Source: Eledone cirrhosa (lineage: Eukaryota). Taken from it: a stretch of 64,000 nucleotides of DNA. Position 1 is the stretch's first letter; the number at the start of each line of letters is the position of its first letter. Location of the stretch: the NCBI GenBank assembly GCA_964016885.1, contig OZ024741.1, positions 64,170,001-64,234,000 on the forward strand, read 5' to 3'. Below the pieces are notes generated by a model, which searched no databases, was not told the origin of the DNA, and saw only the letters and a list, made by a program, of their open reading frames with translations. The translations under genes and the position numbers were made by a program. Positions 62,747 to 64,000 of the stretch are shown in pieces.

Positions 62747-64000
62747 AATGGCTTGCGTAAGCTCATGCAGCGCTCACGTAATGGAGAGATAGCATGCTTT
62801 CCAACAGACAAGTCTGGCAGAATGTCGGTTGACAGCCTGCCAAACTACATCCAGGCAATGCAACCCCACATCACTAACACAAGAGAGGTAACACCACAGG
62901 AGCATGAGGATAGAGAAAAAGCCCTCAATGCCCATATGGTGATGTGGACGAATATAATGCAGCCCAACAAAAGTACTGCCAACAACTTCCAGGCCTGGAA
63001 CAATGACGTGCCGGCGTTGTCTGGGCTTCGAAAAGTCCATAAAACGGGCTGTGACCCTGTCGCGGGACCACCAACACGGCCAGTCTGTGGAGCTAACATT
63101 GCTAGTAACTACAGACTGTCCTACTTCCTCTCCCTGATCATACGCCCCATCATTGAAATGTCCCCAGATTTATGTGACAGCACCGAGGACCTCCTCAGCA
63201 GAATCGGCGTGAGTAACCGATCTGGGGACCTAACAAACTGCATAATAGGCAGTATGGATGTTGTGTCCCTGTATCCATCTATTGACGTGGATTTTGCTGT
63301 GGAGAAATGCGTAAAAATGATCAGTGAGAGCAAGGTTGAGTTCCGTGGGATTGATACCAGTGAGCTGGGACTCCTACTTAAGCTTACCTATAGTAATAGT
63401 TACCTAGACACATATGACCTTAGCAACTTGTGCCCTACAAGACCAGCAAGAGGCAGACCACCTACCATTACCTCAATGGCCAAGAAAACCCACACAGATA
63501 GATGGAACGGGTGGATCAGAGCCATACGGACACCCGAAAACCACGATGAACTGAAGAAAATGATTGCACATGCGGTAGGGGCCAGCATAAAACTAACCCT
63601 TAAGGAACATATGTTCAAATTTAATGGAAAAACATATACCCAAGAGGAAGGAGCAGCCATTGGTGTTAGCAATGCAGGCGACATAGCTAACTTATTCATG
63701 GTATGGTGGGACAGTAGACTTAAACTTAAACTTAAAGAACAATTAGAAGACCCCTTAACCCTGATAATGTACTCCCGCTACGTAGATGATATAAACATCG
63801 TAGTTAAGACACCCCCACTAGAGAACAGTCAGGAACTAGAGAAAAACACAATGGAAAGCATCCAGCAAATAGCAAAATCCATCCACCAGAGCATTAGAGT
63901 TACTATAGACTACCCAAGTAAACACCCCAACCATCGATTACCTGTACTAGACACAGAGCTCTGGTTAGATACCATTAACAACAAAAAACAAATCCTCCAT
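62747..64000 (+). CDS. PLE reverse transcriptase core (open frame running off the window; not in the ORF track)
   Basis: PTDKSGR, GLRKVHK, PPTRPVC, GSMDVVSLYPSI, FNGKTYTQEEGAAIG, RYVDD, RLPVLD. Confidence 0.88.

Larger units (their letters stand above)
61272..64000. mobile_element. Penelope-like element, head-to-head inverted pair (minus arm 61272-62733; plus arm 62747 to beyond the window)
   Basis: Minus arm: RT thumb, GIY-YIG, hammerhead, terminus at (TA)n; 63816-64000 is the reverse complement of about 62550-62733. Confidence 0.9.

Overview
Eukaryotic, AT-rich, microsatellite-laden intergenic or intronic DNA made almost entirely of transposable elements. The SINE content suggests an invertebrate, probably a cephalopod such as Octopus (inference). 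No host protein-coding gene can be firmly supported. Recognisable elements: the 3' end of an R4/Dong-type RLE LINE, CRE and RTE fragments, tRNA-derived SINEs, a Helitron/Helentron Pif1 helicase remnant, two head-to-tail Tx1/L1-clade LINEs in a (GATA)n microsatellite, and many Penelope-like elements (PLEs; RT plus GIY-YIG) inserted at (TA)n. The main hidden signal is RNA structure. About 27 type-I hammerhead ribozyme (HHR) motifs from a dozen or more sequence families can be folded by eye, nearly all 40-200 nt from a (TA)n-abutting 3' end. Two non-coding families are partial tandem arrays (523-bp and 316-bp units, one HHR per unit) with an inverted 5' arm, i.e. candidate retrozymes or circular-RNA parasites mobilised by PLEs. 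Non-canonical cores recur (U3-A8 covariation, U4A, U.U closing stem II, branched stem II). All folds and coordinates were read manually and are approximate to a few bases.
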